Notes: a model not told the origin generated them from the letters alone. A stretch of DNA of 63,483 nt, filler included, from Deltaproteobacteria bacterium (GCA_030698575.1; 10 parts of 10 records of this genome joined end to end with filler, not necessarily neighbours in it); one strand, 5' to 3'; numbered from the whole stretch's first letter, positions 38,232 through 49,529 are shown. Translations and numbers: made by a program.

Positions 38232-41200
38232 ATGCAGAACCGCCAGCCAGGGCGTCCAAGCCGGTTCTTCGGGGTCCTGGCCGCCCTTCTCCTTTCTATC
38301 TTCGCAACAGCGAACCCGTACATCGCCGAGGCCGCCATTTTCGGGGTCCCGAACGGCGCGGTCGATCCGAACGGCTGGCTCCTTCTGGACGGCACCAGCT
38401 CGTCAAACAACGACGGCGACACGGTCCACGAGATGACCTTCAAGATCGAGGTCACCGGGACGACTCTCGACGTCCAGGTTTTCGACGCCGGCAGCAGCGG
38501 CGCCCGCGACCTGACCCGGGGGAGCGGCGACACGAGCACTACGTACACGCTGCGCAACCCGGCCGGCGGCATTCTCGCCAATGTCGCCGTAACCACAGAC
38601 AGCGCCACCACACAGAACGCTCTGGCGCGTCTCACTGCGACAGGGTTCCAGGCCATCGGATCGAGCGCGCCTTTCAGCGGGCTCCAGCCGGGCCTCTATG
38701 AGCTGCGCGTCGCGATGGGAAACAACACGCGTGTGAACGGCTTCGGGCTGAACATCCCGAACTATCAGGTCTATACGAGCACCGATGTCCCCACCGGGGC
38801 CGAGGACGGCCAGCTCATCGGCGGGACCTTGAACAGCGACAGCGCGCCCTTGGCGAACGTGACACAGCCGATGATCATGTACCCCTACGTCGATCGCGGC
38901 TGCGATCTCACCACCACGAACTACGACATGGATTGGCCGGTAGGTGCGGGCGCGGGGTCAACGGGTGCTCTCATCTCGCGCCTGGGCACCAGCACGGCCC
39001 TCACGATGTCCGGCGGTACGGTCCCGGTGGACAACAACGTGAACGTCGTCCCGCTGGCCACCCAGGCGCAGGATTACGGGATCTGGCGGCTGAACAACGA
39101 TCTCGGGACCCAGCAGAACCTCGTCGACTGGCGCATCGCGGACTACACCGGCCTCACTGTCGTGGGCGCCAACCTGCCCCACGAGCCGGACGCCCCTTTC
39201 CGGATCTACCTGCCGGCCGACGGCTCTCTGCCGGGAACCCCGGTGGCGCCCCTCGAGCCGCGGCTCGAGCAGTCGCTGACGCCGCTTGGCGGCGCGAACC
39301 CACCCGCGGCGGGCATGACAAGCTACTACGCCGTAAACGTAGCGCTCACCAACCCCACAGCGAGCGCGATCACCAGCGTGACGCTGACGGCGAACGTGCC
39401 GGGCGGGCAGGTGGTCTATGAATCGAGCAATCCCCCCCTCATCACCGCCGGCGCGCAGGTCACGGGCGGGGGCAGCGTCACGTCGGAGCCTGCGGACGGC
39501 GGGTCCGGCGACGTGGTCGCCACCTGGGCCTCGGTCGCGAGCGGCGCAACCGTTTCGCTCTCCTACTTTCTGGCCGTGACGCCCTCGGGCGCAGGCGCCG
39601 TGAACGTCACGCCCACGCCGGCGAGCGGCAACGCCACCCGTGTCACCTACACGCCTGCCTTCTCCAGCGTGACCTACCCGGGCACCGAGAGCATGGGCCC
39701 GCTGTGCCAGCTCGCCATCCAGGCGTCGACCGCGGTTCCGAACGCGGTCTCACTCGCATCGCTCGAGGCGCAACGCCACGCCGGCGGCGTGCATCTCGAC
39801 TGGGCGACCGATGCGGAGTGGGCGAACCTCGGCTTCAACGTCTACCGCGCGGAGGGGCCCGCGGGAGCCTACGAACAGCTCAATCGCGATCTGATCCTGG
39901 GCCATGGAACTTCCAGCCTCCGGGCCCGCTATCTGTTCATCGACGCCACGGCGCGCCCCGATCGCGCCTACGCTTACCTTCTCGAGGACGTGGAACGGAC
40001 GGGCGTGCGCACGCTGCACGGCCCGGCCCATGTCGCCGCGGGAGCCATCGCGCCCGGAACGCCTGATCTTTCGGTCTATGACCACGTGTCGACAAACGGC
40101 GGGACGCTGGGCCGGACCGCGCTCCTCGCACTTGGCTCGGGCGGGCTTTCACCGAACGGCAACGGCGGGCCGGGCGCTACCGCGCCAGTCTCACAATCGC
40201 CCCCTGGAGCAGCGGGTGGCGGGTACCCGCTGCCGGCACCGGCGGCGGAGAGCCCTTCGTCTCTCGTGCGAATCCTCCGGGAGGACGCGGACGGCATGAC
40301 GCTGGAGCTTTCTTCACGGCATGCAGTGCTCTCCGGCGTTGTACTCGACGGGATCGCCTACACGGACGTGAGCGTGCCGGGCTTCTCGCAGCTAGCCGAA
40401 CCAGGAAAACCGGCGCTACCGGTCATCGGCGTGCCGATCAAGATCCCCGACGTGGCCGACGTTTCGGTGACGGTGGAACGGGAGCAATGGAAACCCGCCG
40501 GGATAGCGGCGCTGCCGGCCCCCGCACCGGAGTGGTCGCTCGATGCCGGGGGTGAACTCCAGGCCTCCTACCAGGCGGATCCCGGGACCTACGAAGCGGC
40601 CGGCGTGTTCCCCGACGCGCCGCTGCAGGCGGCCGGGAGCGTGCGCCAGGGGGACGACCGGATCTTCGTGCTGGCCTTCAAGCCCGTGAAGTGGGACCCC
40701 GGCACGGGCGCGCTGCTGCAGGCGCGCAAGCTGCGCGTGCGCCTTGCCTTCGCGGGCCGCGGGTCGAGCGCGGCGATGGCGGATCCCGACGCGCGCCGCG
40801 AAAACCAGTTCTGGCTGGCGGCCCAGGGCGCCATCAAGATTGCAGTGTCTGAAACAGGCCTTCAGCGCGTGAGCGGCGAGGCCCTGATCGCGGCAGGCCT
40901 CCCGGCGGTGACCGATCCACGCCGTCTTGCCCTCTACACGGGCGGCGCGGAGGTGGCCCTGCGCGTCGCAGGTGAGGCGGATGGGGTGCTCGACCCCGGG
41001 GACAACTTTTACTTTTACGGTGAGGCGCTCGAGAGCGCCCAGGCGCAGGCGCGGACCTACTGGCTCGTGGCCGGGAACCTGACGGGCCTCCGCATGGAGG
41101 CGATTGACGCGGCTCCCCGAGGCGCGCCCTTCGGCGAGACAACGACCCCCGCCGTTGCGCGCCTCGAAAAGAACCTGGTCTATGTGCCCTTCGTTCTGAA

Positions 41201-43229
41201 CGGTGAAACGTCGAATTTCGTCGGGGACTTCATCTTCCAGAACCCGCGCGATCAATTCCTGACGCTCTCGGGCGTAACGGGTGGTCCCGCCGACCTGCGC
41301 GTCCGGATCCAGGGCGCGACTTCGGATGCGAGTGTGAATCCGGATCACCACGTCCGGATCTCGGTGAACGGCGTGGACTTGGGCGACGCCCACTGGGACG
41401 GCTTCGGCGCTTTCGACGGGAGCTTCCCGGTGCCTCCGGGCGCGCTCGTGGACGGGTCGAATCAGATCCGCTTCACTCCCGTCGCCGACACCGGCGCCGC
41501 TTTCGATTTCGATTACATCGACTGGCTCGCGCTCACCCACACCCGCAGCCTCGCCGACGCCGGGGCCGCGCTGGCTCTCGAGGCAGGCGCACCGGGTGAT
41601 CGCACCGTCTCCGGCCTTGCCGGAGGCACGCCCGCGATCCTGGACGTGAGCGACCCGCGGGCGCCTCGCTGGCTCACCGGCGCAACGTTCGACTCCGCGA
41701 CGGGGTCGGTGGCGTTCCACGCGGAGGGCGGCAGGCGCCATCTCGTAGCCGCCCCGGACGGCGTCAAGCTTCCGAAGGCTCTCTGGCGGGACGTTCCCAG
41801 CCGGCTCAACGAGAGCCCCGGGCTCGATTGGCTCGCCATTACTCACGGGAGCCTCGTCGAAGACACGCTGCCGCTGTCGGCGCTTCGCGCCGGCGAGGGG
41901 CTTCGCGTGGCGGTCGCCGACGTGCAGGACGTCTATGACGAGTTCAACAACGGCGATCCCGACCCGCAGGCGATCAAGGACTACCTGGCCTGGCAGTACG
42001 CGCGCGGCGGCGCGCCGCGGCTCCGGTACGTTCTGCTCGTCGGCGACGCGAGCTATGACCCGCGCAACTATCTGAAGGGCTCCAACCCGAACCTGGTTCC
42101 CACGAAGCTTCTTGACGGCACTTTCGTCGAGCACGCCAGCGACAACTGGTTCGCGGCCTTCCTGGGCGATGACGCGCTGCCCGACGTCGCCATCGGGCGC
42201 TTGCCCGTGAAGGACGCCGCGCAACTTCAGACGGTGGTCTCGAAACTTTCCGGCTATGCCGCGCTTCCTCTCGGAAGCGACTGGCAGCGTCGCGCGCTTC
42301 TTGTCGCCGATGACGGCTTCCGGGCGTTCCACGCGGGAGAGGCGGCCATCTTCGAAGGCGCGACGGGCGCCATGGCGGGCGCGCTTCCGCCCGGCTTCGA
42401 CGCGCTCAGCATCCAGATGTCGCAGATCCCCGAGGCGGACCAGGCAACCGTGACCCGCCAGGGAATTCTCGACGCGCTCAACGCGGGCGTCCTTCTGGCG
42501 GCCTACGCGGGGCACGGCGGCATCACACTCTGGGCCGACGAGGTGGTTTTCCGCAGCAGTGATCTCGCCCAGGTGAGCAACCTCGACCGGCTCCCCTTCG
42601 TCGTCGTGCTCAACTGTCTGAACGGCTTCTTCCATGGCCCCACGGGTGATGCGCTGGGCGAGTCGTTGCTTCTCAAACCCGATGGCGGCGCGGTGGCGGC
42701 CTTCACGCCCACGAGCGTCTCGCCGATCGGCGGCCAGTCGCTCATGGGCGAGGCGATTTCACGGGCCATCTTCCGCGAGGGCGAGCTTCGCATCGGCGAT
42801 GCGCTCGTCAGGGCGCGCGCCGCCATGCTCGGTCTCGAGTTCTTCGATGATTTCTCGAACAGCTGGGTGCTGCTGGGCGATCCCGCCACACGGCTCGCCT
42901 TCGAGCCCGAGCCGATTGCCGATGCCGGCGAGGATCAGACGCTGATGGGGAAGGGGCGCGCGCGGCTGGATGGGCGTGGAAGCGGTGGGGTGCCGGGGGC
43001 GCTGTCCTACGACTGGCGCATCGTTTCGCAGCCGGCCGGAAGCAGCCCGAAGTTCAAGCATGCGGCGAGCGCCACGCCGGAGATCCAGATGGACACAGCG
43101 GGGGAGTACAGGGTGGAGCTGGTGGTGAGCCAGGAGGGGCGCACAAGCCTGCCGGACTCCGTGAAGGTGCTGATCCTGCCCAAGCCAAACGGAAAACCCG
43201 CCCCGATCGATCCTGAAAATCCCACTTGA
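38232..43229 (+). CDS. Large secreted multidomain protein with a C25 (gingipain-type) cysteine peptidase domain
   Basis: Signal peptide; DUF11-like Ig region; W-T..E..NLGFNVYR module; propeptide-like GKPALP; YVLLVGDA, IGRLP, YAGHG (His), LNCLNG (Cys) and LLGDP; C-terminal ADAGEDQ PKD-like domain. Confidence 0.85.
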   Translation: MQNRQPGRPSRFFGVLAALLLSIFATANPYIAEAAIFGVPNGAVDPNGWLLLDGTSSSNNDGDTVHEMTFKIEVTGTTLDVQVFDAGSSGARDLTRGSGDTSTTYTLRNPAGGILANVAVTTDSATTQNALARLTATGFQAIGSSAPFSGLQPGLYELRVAMGNNTRVNGFGLNIPNYQVYTSTDVPTGAEDGQLIGGTLNSDSAPLANVTQPMIMYPYVDRGCDLTTTNYDMDWPVGAGAGSTGALISRLGTSTALTMSGGTVPVDNNVNVVPLATQAQDYGIWRLNNDLGTQQNLVDWRIADYTGLTVVGANLPHEPDAPFRIYLPADGSLPGTPVAPLEPRLEQSLTPLGGANPPAAGMTSYYAVNVALTNPTASAITSVTLTANVPGGQVVYESSNPPLITAGAQVTGGGSVTSEPADGGSGDVVATWASVASGATVSLSYFLAVTPSGAGAVNVTPTPASGNATRVTYTPAFSSVTYPGTESMGPLCQLAIQASTAVPNAVSLASLEAQRHAGGVHLDWATDAEWANLGFNVYRAEGPAGAYEQLNRDLILGHGTSSLRARYLFIDATARPDRAYAYLLEDVERTGVRTLHGPAHVAAGAIAPGTPDLSVYDHVSTNGGTLGRTALLALGSGGLSPNGNGGPGATAPVSQSPPGAAGGGYPLPAPAAESPSSLVRILREDADGMTLELSSRHAVLSGVVLDGIAYTDVSVPGFSQLAEPGKPALPVIGVPIKIPDVADVSVTVEREQWKPAGIAALPAPAPEWSLDAGGELQASYQADPGTYEAAGVFPDAPLQAAGSVRQGDDRIFVLAFKPVKWDPGTGALLQARKLRVRLAFAGRGSSAAMADPDARRENQFWLAAQGAIKIAVSETGLQRVSGEALIAAGLPAVTDPRRLALYTGGAEVALRVAGEADGVLDPGDNFYFYGEALESAQAQARTYWLVAGNLTGLRMEAIDAAPRGAPFGETTTPAVARLEKNLVYVPFVLNGETSNFVGDFIFQNPRDQFLTLSGVTGGPADLRVRIQGATSDASVNPDHHVRISVNGVDLGDAHWDGFGAFDGSFPVPPGALVDGSNQIRFTPVADTGAAFDFDYIDWLALTHTRSLADAGAALALEAGAPGDRTVSGLAGGTPAILDVSDPRAPRWLTGATFDSATGSVAFHAEGGRRHLVAAPDGVKLPKALWRDVPSRLNESPGLDWLAITHGSLVEDTLPLSALRAGEGLRVAVADVQDVYDEFNNGDPDPQAIKDYLAWQYARGGAPRLRYVLLVGDASYDPRNYLKGSNPNLVPTKLLDGTFVEHASDNWFAAFLGDDALPDVAIGRLPVKDAAQLQTVVSKLSGYAALPLGSDWQRRALLVADDGFRAFHAGEAAIFEGATGAMAGALPPGFDALSIQMSQIPEADQATVTRQGILDALNAGVLLAAYAGHGGITLWADEVVFRSSDLAQVSNLDRLPFVVVLNCLNGFFHGPTGDALGESLLLKPDGGAVAAFTPTSVSPIGGQSLMGEAISRAIFREGELRIGDALVRARAAMLGLEFFDDFSNSWVLLGDPATRLAFEPEPIADAGEDQTLMGKGRARLDGRGSGGVPGALSYDWRIVSQPAGSSPKFKHAASATPEIQMDTAGEYRVELVVSQEGRTSLPDSVKVLILPKPNGKPAPIDPENPT

Positions 43230-43232
43230 GCA

Positions 43233-43274
43233 GGGGATTGCTTCGCCGCCCCTCCGGGGCGTCTCGCAATGACA
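43233..43274. repeat. REP-like palindromic element, half copy
   Basis: ggggattgcttcgccg...ctcgcaatgaca directly after the C25 stop codon. Confidence 0.75.
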
Positions 43275-43425
43275 TGCGGGAGCTAGCGGACGAGCTTCGA
43301 GATTTTTTTGAAGGCCTCGGTGCCGNNNNNNNNNNNNNNNNNNNNNNNNNNNNNNNNNNNNNNNNNNNNTTAATTAATTAANNNNNNNNNNNNNNNNNNN
43401 NNNNNNNNNNNNNNNNNNNNNNNNN

Positions 43426-46400
43426 CCATTCGAAATCCCCTGTCGGCATGAAAAGCTTCAACGAGCCCCATGCGGATAGAACGCGTTCGCCCCGGTAGTC
43501 GTAGGTAAACTGTCGGGTGCCCATGCCGTTCTGCTGCACGCGAACGAGCCGGTTGTCCTGATCCCAACCGTAGGTACGGACGCTGTTTGTCGTGACTTTC
43601 TGAATGAGGTTTCCGTTCGCGTCGTAGGCAAAGTCCTGCGGCGTACCGGCCGCGCCGGCGTGAAGACGCGTCACGGCATGGGGGTTCACCGGATGCTCGT
43701 AGAGGAGACTCTTCGCCGTGGCGGGCGCGGCGGCCACACTGTCTTTCAGCGTCAAGTTGTCGATCGCATCGTAGGCATACGCCGCCTCCGCGGGGGCGGC
43801 GTCCGGTCCCCAGGGCCCGATTGCCCGGACAAGCCGGCCGAGGCCGTCGTACTCGGGGAAGGACTGTCCGGGCGCCCCGTCCACGACGTTGGAGAACGAT
43901 TCGAGATAGCCCGTGGTGGCGTCGTACTCGTACTGTTGCGCCATCCACACGGTATCGCCCACCGCCCACCGGAAGGTAATCTGCGAGGTCTGCGGATCGT
44001 GACCGGCCAGCATCGCCACGCCGGCGCCGTCCACGTACCCCGTCAGGTTGCCGGAGGCGTCGTAAGAGACACCTGGCTCCACCAGATAGCCGGCGGGAAT
44101 CCCCCCCGTCACGCCGGATACTGACTGGATGAAGGGCGTCTGCCGGCCCAGCCCGTCGAGATAGGCGTGGGTGATCCGGCCTATCGAGACCCCGCTGTTG
44201 TCCTTCGGAAACTCTATGTCCAGCGGCCTTCCCAGATTGTCATAGGTGTAGAAGAACTCGAACCGCTTGTTCTTGTATGTGAAGTCCCGGATGAAATGAA
44301 CGAGGTTACCGCGGCCGTCGTAGCCGTATGAGACCGCGCCCGCTTCGTCCGTGACGCCAGTGAGCCTGCCGGTTCCGTTCAATCCCTCATCGTAGACGAA
44401 ACTCAGATCACGCTGCCCGGGGTCCTGGTAGTCCTTGGCCACGAGGCGGTTGATCTCGTCGTAGGTAAAGTTGATTTCGCTGTAGAGCGGGGAGGGCCTG
44501 GCATCCTTCTGCCGCACCAGGTTTCCCACGGCGTCGTGGAGGTAGTCCCAGCTGCCCAGGGCGGGATCAGCGACACGCACCTTCCGGGAAAGTGAGTCGT
44601 AGGTGAATTCAGTCACATGTCGCTGGGTGGCGGGGCGTGACGGATCGCAAGCCGCGGGATCGTTGGCGCAGGCGTCGCGTATCTCGATGAGGTTGTCGAG
44701 CGCATCGTAGCTATAGTTCGTGCGAAGGAAGGCGGACAGATCGCCGGGATCGGGGAACTCGCGGACGTCAACCACGTTTCCGTAGGCGTCCCGCCGGGAC
44801 TCCCGATGGGCCACGACCGTGGCCGCCGGATCGCAGCCCTCACGCAGCTCCACGATTTCCGCGAAAGCGTCGTAGGCGGTCGCGGTGCAGTTTCCCTTGG
44901 GATGCCGCACCGCCGTCACCCGTCCGAGCGCGTCGTAGGTAAACTCCGTGAATCCCGGAGACGGATCGCCGTCGCCGAAGTGCGGAAGGAATTGTCTGCG
45001 AAGGTGGTCCCGCCCGTCGTAGTCCGTCTCGACGTCGACCGGGCGCCGGTCGTCGCCGTCCCGTCGCGACAGGACGGGGCGTCCGAGGCCGTCGAGGAAG
45101 TCCCTCGCTTCCAGCCCCTCATCCCGCAGCGGGCTCGCCGAGGCCAGGGCGTAGTCGATGCGCCGGAGGTTCTGCGCACCCGCCCCCTGCGTTACGCCCC
45201 AGGTGCCCTCCTGCGGCACGGGCTCGCCCGGCAGCGCCGGGTAGGCATACTCGCGGAGCACCAGCGCTGCCGGCGCGCCGCTCTCGAGAACGCGCACCGA
45301 AGTGACGCGCCCGAGATCGTCGTGATCGACGAGCGTGCGGTGGCCACCCGGATCGGTGCGGGCGGAGAGCCTTCCCGTTCCGGGATCATGAAGAAAGGCC
45401 TGGGCGTGCCCCTTCGCGTTGCGAATGACGCAGGGGAAGGTATGCAGGCCGCTGGCCGCGGGGTCGGAAGGGCAGTCCGGCTCGCCGTCGTAGGCCACGG
45501 TGGTCGCGTGCCCGCGCGGGTCCGTGAGTGACAGGAGGTTGCCGTACGGATCCGCATCACGGATCGTCTCGACCTCCGTGTCGATCCCGTGGACGCTGTC
45601 AGTGAGCCAGTCCTTCCGGCTCGTCCAGAAACCGTCCGGATCGGTCGCCTGCGCATAGGCGAAGCGCGTGCGGCTCATCGGTTGTGCGCCGCAGGGGACG
45701 TCGCCGGCCACCAGCGCGATTTCAGTGGGAAAGCCGCCGCGGTAAGCGGGCCCCGACGGGGCGTAAGTAACGCACGTCTTCCGCTCGTCGCCGTCAGGAG
45801 CGCCTCCCGGGGGCACCTCTCCTTCCTCGATCTTCTCGAGGACGTTGCCGAGCGCGTCGTAGCGGAAAGAGACCGCGGTCGTCGCCTGCGCCGTGGCGCC
45901 GTAAAGGGTCGCCTCGGCACGCTTCACCAGCGCGATATGCGCGGCTCCTCCAGAGGCCGCGCTCACGACGGCGTGATCGGGATTCGGCGGCAATAGAAAG
46001 TAGTTCCGAACCTCGGAGAGCAGAGTTCCCGATCCGTCGCGCACTTCGACGCGATCGACCTGCCCCTTGAGGGCATCGTCCTGGTAAAAGCGGGTCACGG
46101 TTATGGTGCTGCCGGGATCGCCGGAATCGCCCTCGATAGCGGACACCTCTGAAAACCCCCGGAACTCGCGCGAGGGCGCATCGTAGAAACCTCCCTGGTA
46201 GGCATAGGTCGTCACCATGTCGTCGGCGGTGTCGATCCCATCGTGGCGCCTCACCTCCAGAACTGTCTGGATCGGAAACGGAAGATCCGGGCTCGCCCGG
46301 TTTCCCTGCGCGTCGAGATAGCGGGTCGATGCCTGATATCGGATCTCGAGAACGCCCCCTGTGCCGTTTAGAATCCCCGTGAGAAGGTCGGGCTTCTCGC

Positions 46401-47053
46401 CGTCGTACCGATAGACACCCCACAGGTCGTCCGTTGCCGTCCCGGTTAGCCGGTCGAGCAGGCCGTCGCCGTCCAGGTCGACAAAATCCGAGAGCGTCTG
46501 CCCGCCGGTGCTGAGATCGCGGGGGTGCTTGAACCCCTGCGAACCGGAAGGGTTCGCCCAGGTGATGGGCACTTCTGCGAAGCCGTCGCCAAGATTCAAA
46601 TAGACGCGAAAAGTGTCGCTGTTGGACGCTCCCTCCACAATCCGGTCAGGAAGGCCGTCGCCGTTGATGTCCGCGAGGTCGGCGAGCACGCTCTGGGAGC
46701 CCACCGCGCGGATGTATTCGTAAGCGCCCTTGATGTCGCCGGATGGATTGGCCCAGGGCCGGGCGACGCTCTCGAAGCCCTTCCCTGTGTTGAACCAGAC
46801 CTTCCACGCCGTCCTTGCGTCCTTCACCACGCGGTCGGGAAGGCCGTCACCGTTCAGATCGACAAGGTCGGCGAGCACGCCCGTGTTGTTCCGCGTCTGG
46901 ATGTCGCCGTTGCTCCCGTCCCCCTCCGAACCGGAGGGGTTTGCCCAGTCGATCGGCCCCGCCGAGAAACCATTCCTCCCGTCGCTCAGGTAAACCTTCC
47001 AGGGATCGGGAAAACTGTTCTTCCCCCCCAGAAGGCGATCGGGAAACCCATCA
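43426..47053 (-). CDS. RHS/YD-repeat protein with FG-GAP-like repeats and TcdB-midN-like region; both ends cut
   Basis: Repeated D(L/I)NGDGLPD; GGFYDAPSREFRGF; many YD repeats (YDALGN, YDALGRV, YDANGN). Confidence 0.9.
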
Positions 47054-47237
47054 NNNNNNNNNNNNNNNNNNNNNNNNNNNNNNNNNNNNNNNNNNNNTTA
47101 ATTAATTAANNNNNNNNNNNNNNNNNNNNNNNNNNNNNNNNNNNNNNNNNNNNGAGGGAATTTCACGGCTTGAAGGGAGTGCCGCGAAATATTCCATAAC
47201 TCATTGAAATATTGAGGAAATAACGCTGGGCGGGTCG

Positions 47238-47804
47238 CTAGGCAGGCTTTCCGTAGGCCTCCAGCTCCATCCGGATGCGCAGCGCCGGATCGAGTGCCTT
47301 GTCCACCTTCATCTCGAAGCTCTCGATCGAGAGCGGGATGGGCAACTTCGCGAGGGCGTCGAGGTAATTGGCAAAATCCCCTCCCTGCGCCTCGATCTCG
47401 ACGGAAACCGGCATGCGGACGACGTTCACGGGTGGCGCAGGGTCCGCCGAGGGCTGGCTCGCCGGCGCGATCGCCCCCGTCTTGAAGGTGATGCGCTGGA
47501 TTCCGTTCTGGTGGGCGGCCTGCGTGAGAGCCTCGACCACACGGGCGGCCGAGAGTCCGGCGAGCGTCTTGCCCGCGAACGCTGAAGGCGCGAGACTGCG
47601 GGATGACGCACCTTCGACGGCGGCGAGCTTGCGCAGGTTAGCCTCATGGCGGGTTTGATCGCGGCTGGTGGCTTCGGCCAGCGGCCCGACGGCGGTGTGA
47701 TATGTGAATACGAAAGCGATCACGGCGGCCGCGGCGGCGAGAAGCAGCCGCGTTCGCGGGGGAAGCAACTCCCAGCGCGCCAGGTAGCTCGTCACGATAC
47801 TCAT
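47238..47804 (-). CDS. PilO/GspM-like inner-membrane protein
   Basis: Single N-terminal TM, coiled region and ferredoxin-like C-terminus (MPVSVEI...FANYLDAL); follows PilMN. Confidence 0.7.
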   Translation of the reverse strand: MSIVTSYLARWELLPPRTRLLLAAAAAVIAFVFTYHTAVGPLAEATSRDQTRHEANLRKLAAVEGASSRSLAPSAFAGKTLAGLSAARVVEALTQAAHQNGIQRITFKTGAIAPASQPSADPAPPVNVVRMPVSVEIEAQGGDFANYLDALAKLPIPLSIESFEMKVDKALDPALRIRMELEAYGKPA

Positions 47805-49495
47805 CGCGCGTCCTCCTCTTCCATCGAATCCTCTGCGGCCCGCGCACCGGCCATCCCGGCTTCATCCACCTCACAGACGAAGGCGAAGCGCAGGCCGCGC
47901 GCGTCGGGGTCCTTTGCGCCGGCGGACCGCACGATCTGGACGTTCTTGATGATCGGGGAACCCTCGATGGCCTCGAGGAGGACGGCGAGTGTTCGCTCGG
48001 CGGCGATGACGGCGCCGCTCGCGATGCCTTCGATTTCCAGCACCCGTGGCGTCCGCGGCGCGTCGCCTGCCGTGGATGAGGGGCGCTTGAGCGTCATGGA
48101 TTCGAGCGATACCTCCTCGGGCACCAGCCAGTACAACTCTTCGAAGAGGCGCTTCCAATCCACCGACTCGCGCGCGCGCGCCTGGAGGTAGGGACCCAGC
48201 TCGAGGGCGCTTCGCTCGGCTGCGGGAATGAGTGCCAGCTGCCTTTCCTGGGCGGCCACCTTGTTCTCAATCCGGCTCTTCTCGATCCCGAACCAGCCGA
48301 CAAGCGCGGCAAGCACGAGGACGTAAGTGCCCACGAAGGCCAGCGGTCCGGTCCGGAAAACAGAATGACCCGTCGCGGCCCCGGAGGGCTCCAGCAGATT
48401 CACGGGAGGCCGCCCGGCGGCGCCCCCCAGGCACATCGCTTCGATCCCGGTGGCGCTCCCCTCCGCAGCTTCCCCCGACGACCCTCCGGGCATTTTCAGA
48501 TCAAGGCGCTCAGCCGGTTCCCAGATCTCGACGGGGATATCGAGGAAATCGGCCATGGTCTCCGCAAGCCCCGGAAGCGCGGCACCGCCGCCGGTCAGCA
48601 GGAGCCGCTGCGGCCGCTGCTCTCCCCGGTCTTCCTGCACGAAGGCGATGGAGCGCTGGACCTCGGCGGAGAGCCGCTCCAGCACGGGCCGGAGGGCCCC
48701 GTGGATGGAACGAAGCTCCGATGCAACCTCGGCGGACAGTTCGTCCTCCGAAAAAACCGCGAGCCCGTATTCACGCTTGAGCTTCTCCGCCTGATCCAGG
48801 GGAACGTCGAGTTCCCGGCTGACCGTCTGCGTGAAGGTCTGGCCCGCCGTGGGGAACTCACGCGCGGCATGCACCTCCTCACCCCGGACCAGAACCAGGC
48901 AGGATCGAAGGAGGCCGATATCGAGGATGGCTTCCAGGGAAGGCTCACCGCCGGCCTGCTCGATCTCGCTGCGTCTCAGCATCGCGAGGGCCACCGGACC
49001 CGGCACGGCGGCGTTGATGTGCACTCCCCCGTCGCGGAAGGGCGCCAGGACGGCATCGAGTTCTCTGCTCGAGATGCCGGCCACAAGGACGTTCAAGCCG
49101 GGAGATCGCGGGTTCCGGCTGCGGGTGGAATGAAGATCGACGCTCATTTCGTCGAAGGACACCTGGGCAATCCGGGGCCACTGGAGCCGGACTGTCGAAG
49201 CGATTTCTCCGCGGGGCATGGAGGGCAGCACGAGGTTGCGAAGCAGCACGCCCGGGGTGTCGACGATCAGACGGACGTCGGGATTTCCCGCGCTGATGAA
49301 TCCGGCCAGCTCGCGGATGTATTCGACGAGCGCCTTCTGGCGCGCCGGGTCCCCTTCAGGAGGGAGGGAACGGCGCTCGTAACCCTCGATGATGCCGGGG
49401 TGCGCCTCCCCCCTCGCGCGCACCACGCGCAGCTCGCGCGCCGATGTTTCGATGCACACGGTGATGCCCCCGGCGCGACGCTTACGGGCGAACAT
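47801..49495 (-). CDS. Fused PilM-PilN type IV pilus/T2SS alignment protein
   Basis: Actin-like PilM motifs (ILDIG, AEKLKR, LLTGGGAALPG), then VNLL, a TM helix and a PilN-like periplasmic part. Confidence 0.75.
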   Translation of the reverse strand: MFARKRRAGGITVCIETSARELRVVRARGEAHPGIIEGYERRSLPPEGDPARQKALVEYIRELAGFISAGNPDVRLIVDTPGVLLRNLVLPSMPRGEIASTVRLQWPRIAQVSFDEMSVDLHSTRSRNPRSPGLNVLVAGISSRELDAVLAPFRDGGVHINAAVPGPVALAMLRRSEIEQAGGEPSLEAILDIGLLRSCLVLVRGEEVHAAREFPTAGQTFTQTVSRELDVPLDQAEKLKREYGLAVFSEDELSAEVASELRSIHGALRPVLERLSAEVQRSIAFVQEDRGEQRPQRLLLTGGGAALPGLAETMADFLDIPVEIWEPAERLDLKMPGGSSGEAAEGSATGIEAMCLGGAAGRPPVNLLEPSGAATGHSVFRTGPLAFVGTYVLVLAALVGWFGIEKSRIENKVAAQERQLALIPAAERSALELGPYLQARARESVDWKRLFEELYWLVPEEVSLESMTLKRPSSTAGDAPRTPRVLEIEGIASGAVIAAERTLAVLLEAIEGSPIIKNVQIVRSAGAKDPDARGLRFAFVCEVDEAGMAGARAAEDSMEEEDAR

Positions 49496-49529
49496 GGCCT
49501 GCCCTCCGGATTGCGAACTTCAGGGTCAG

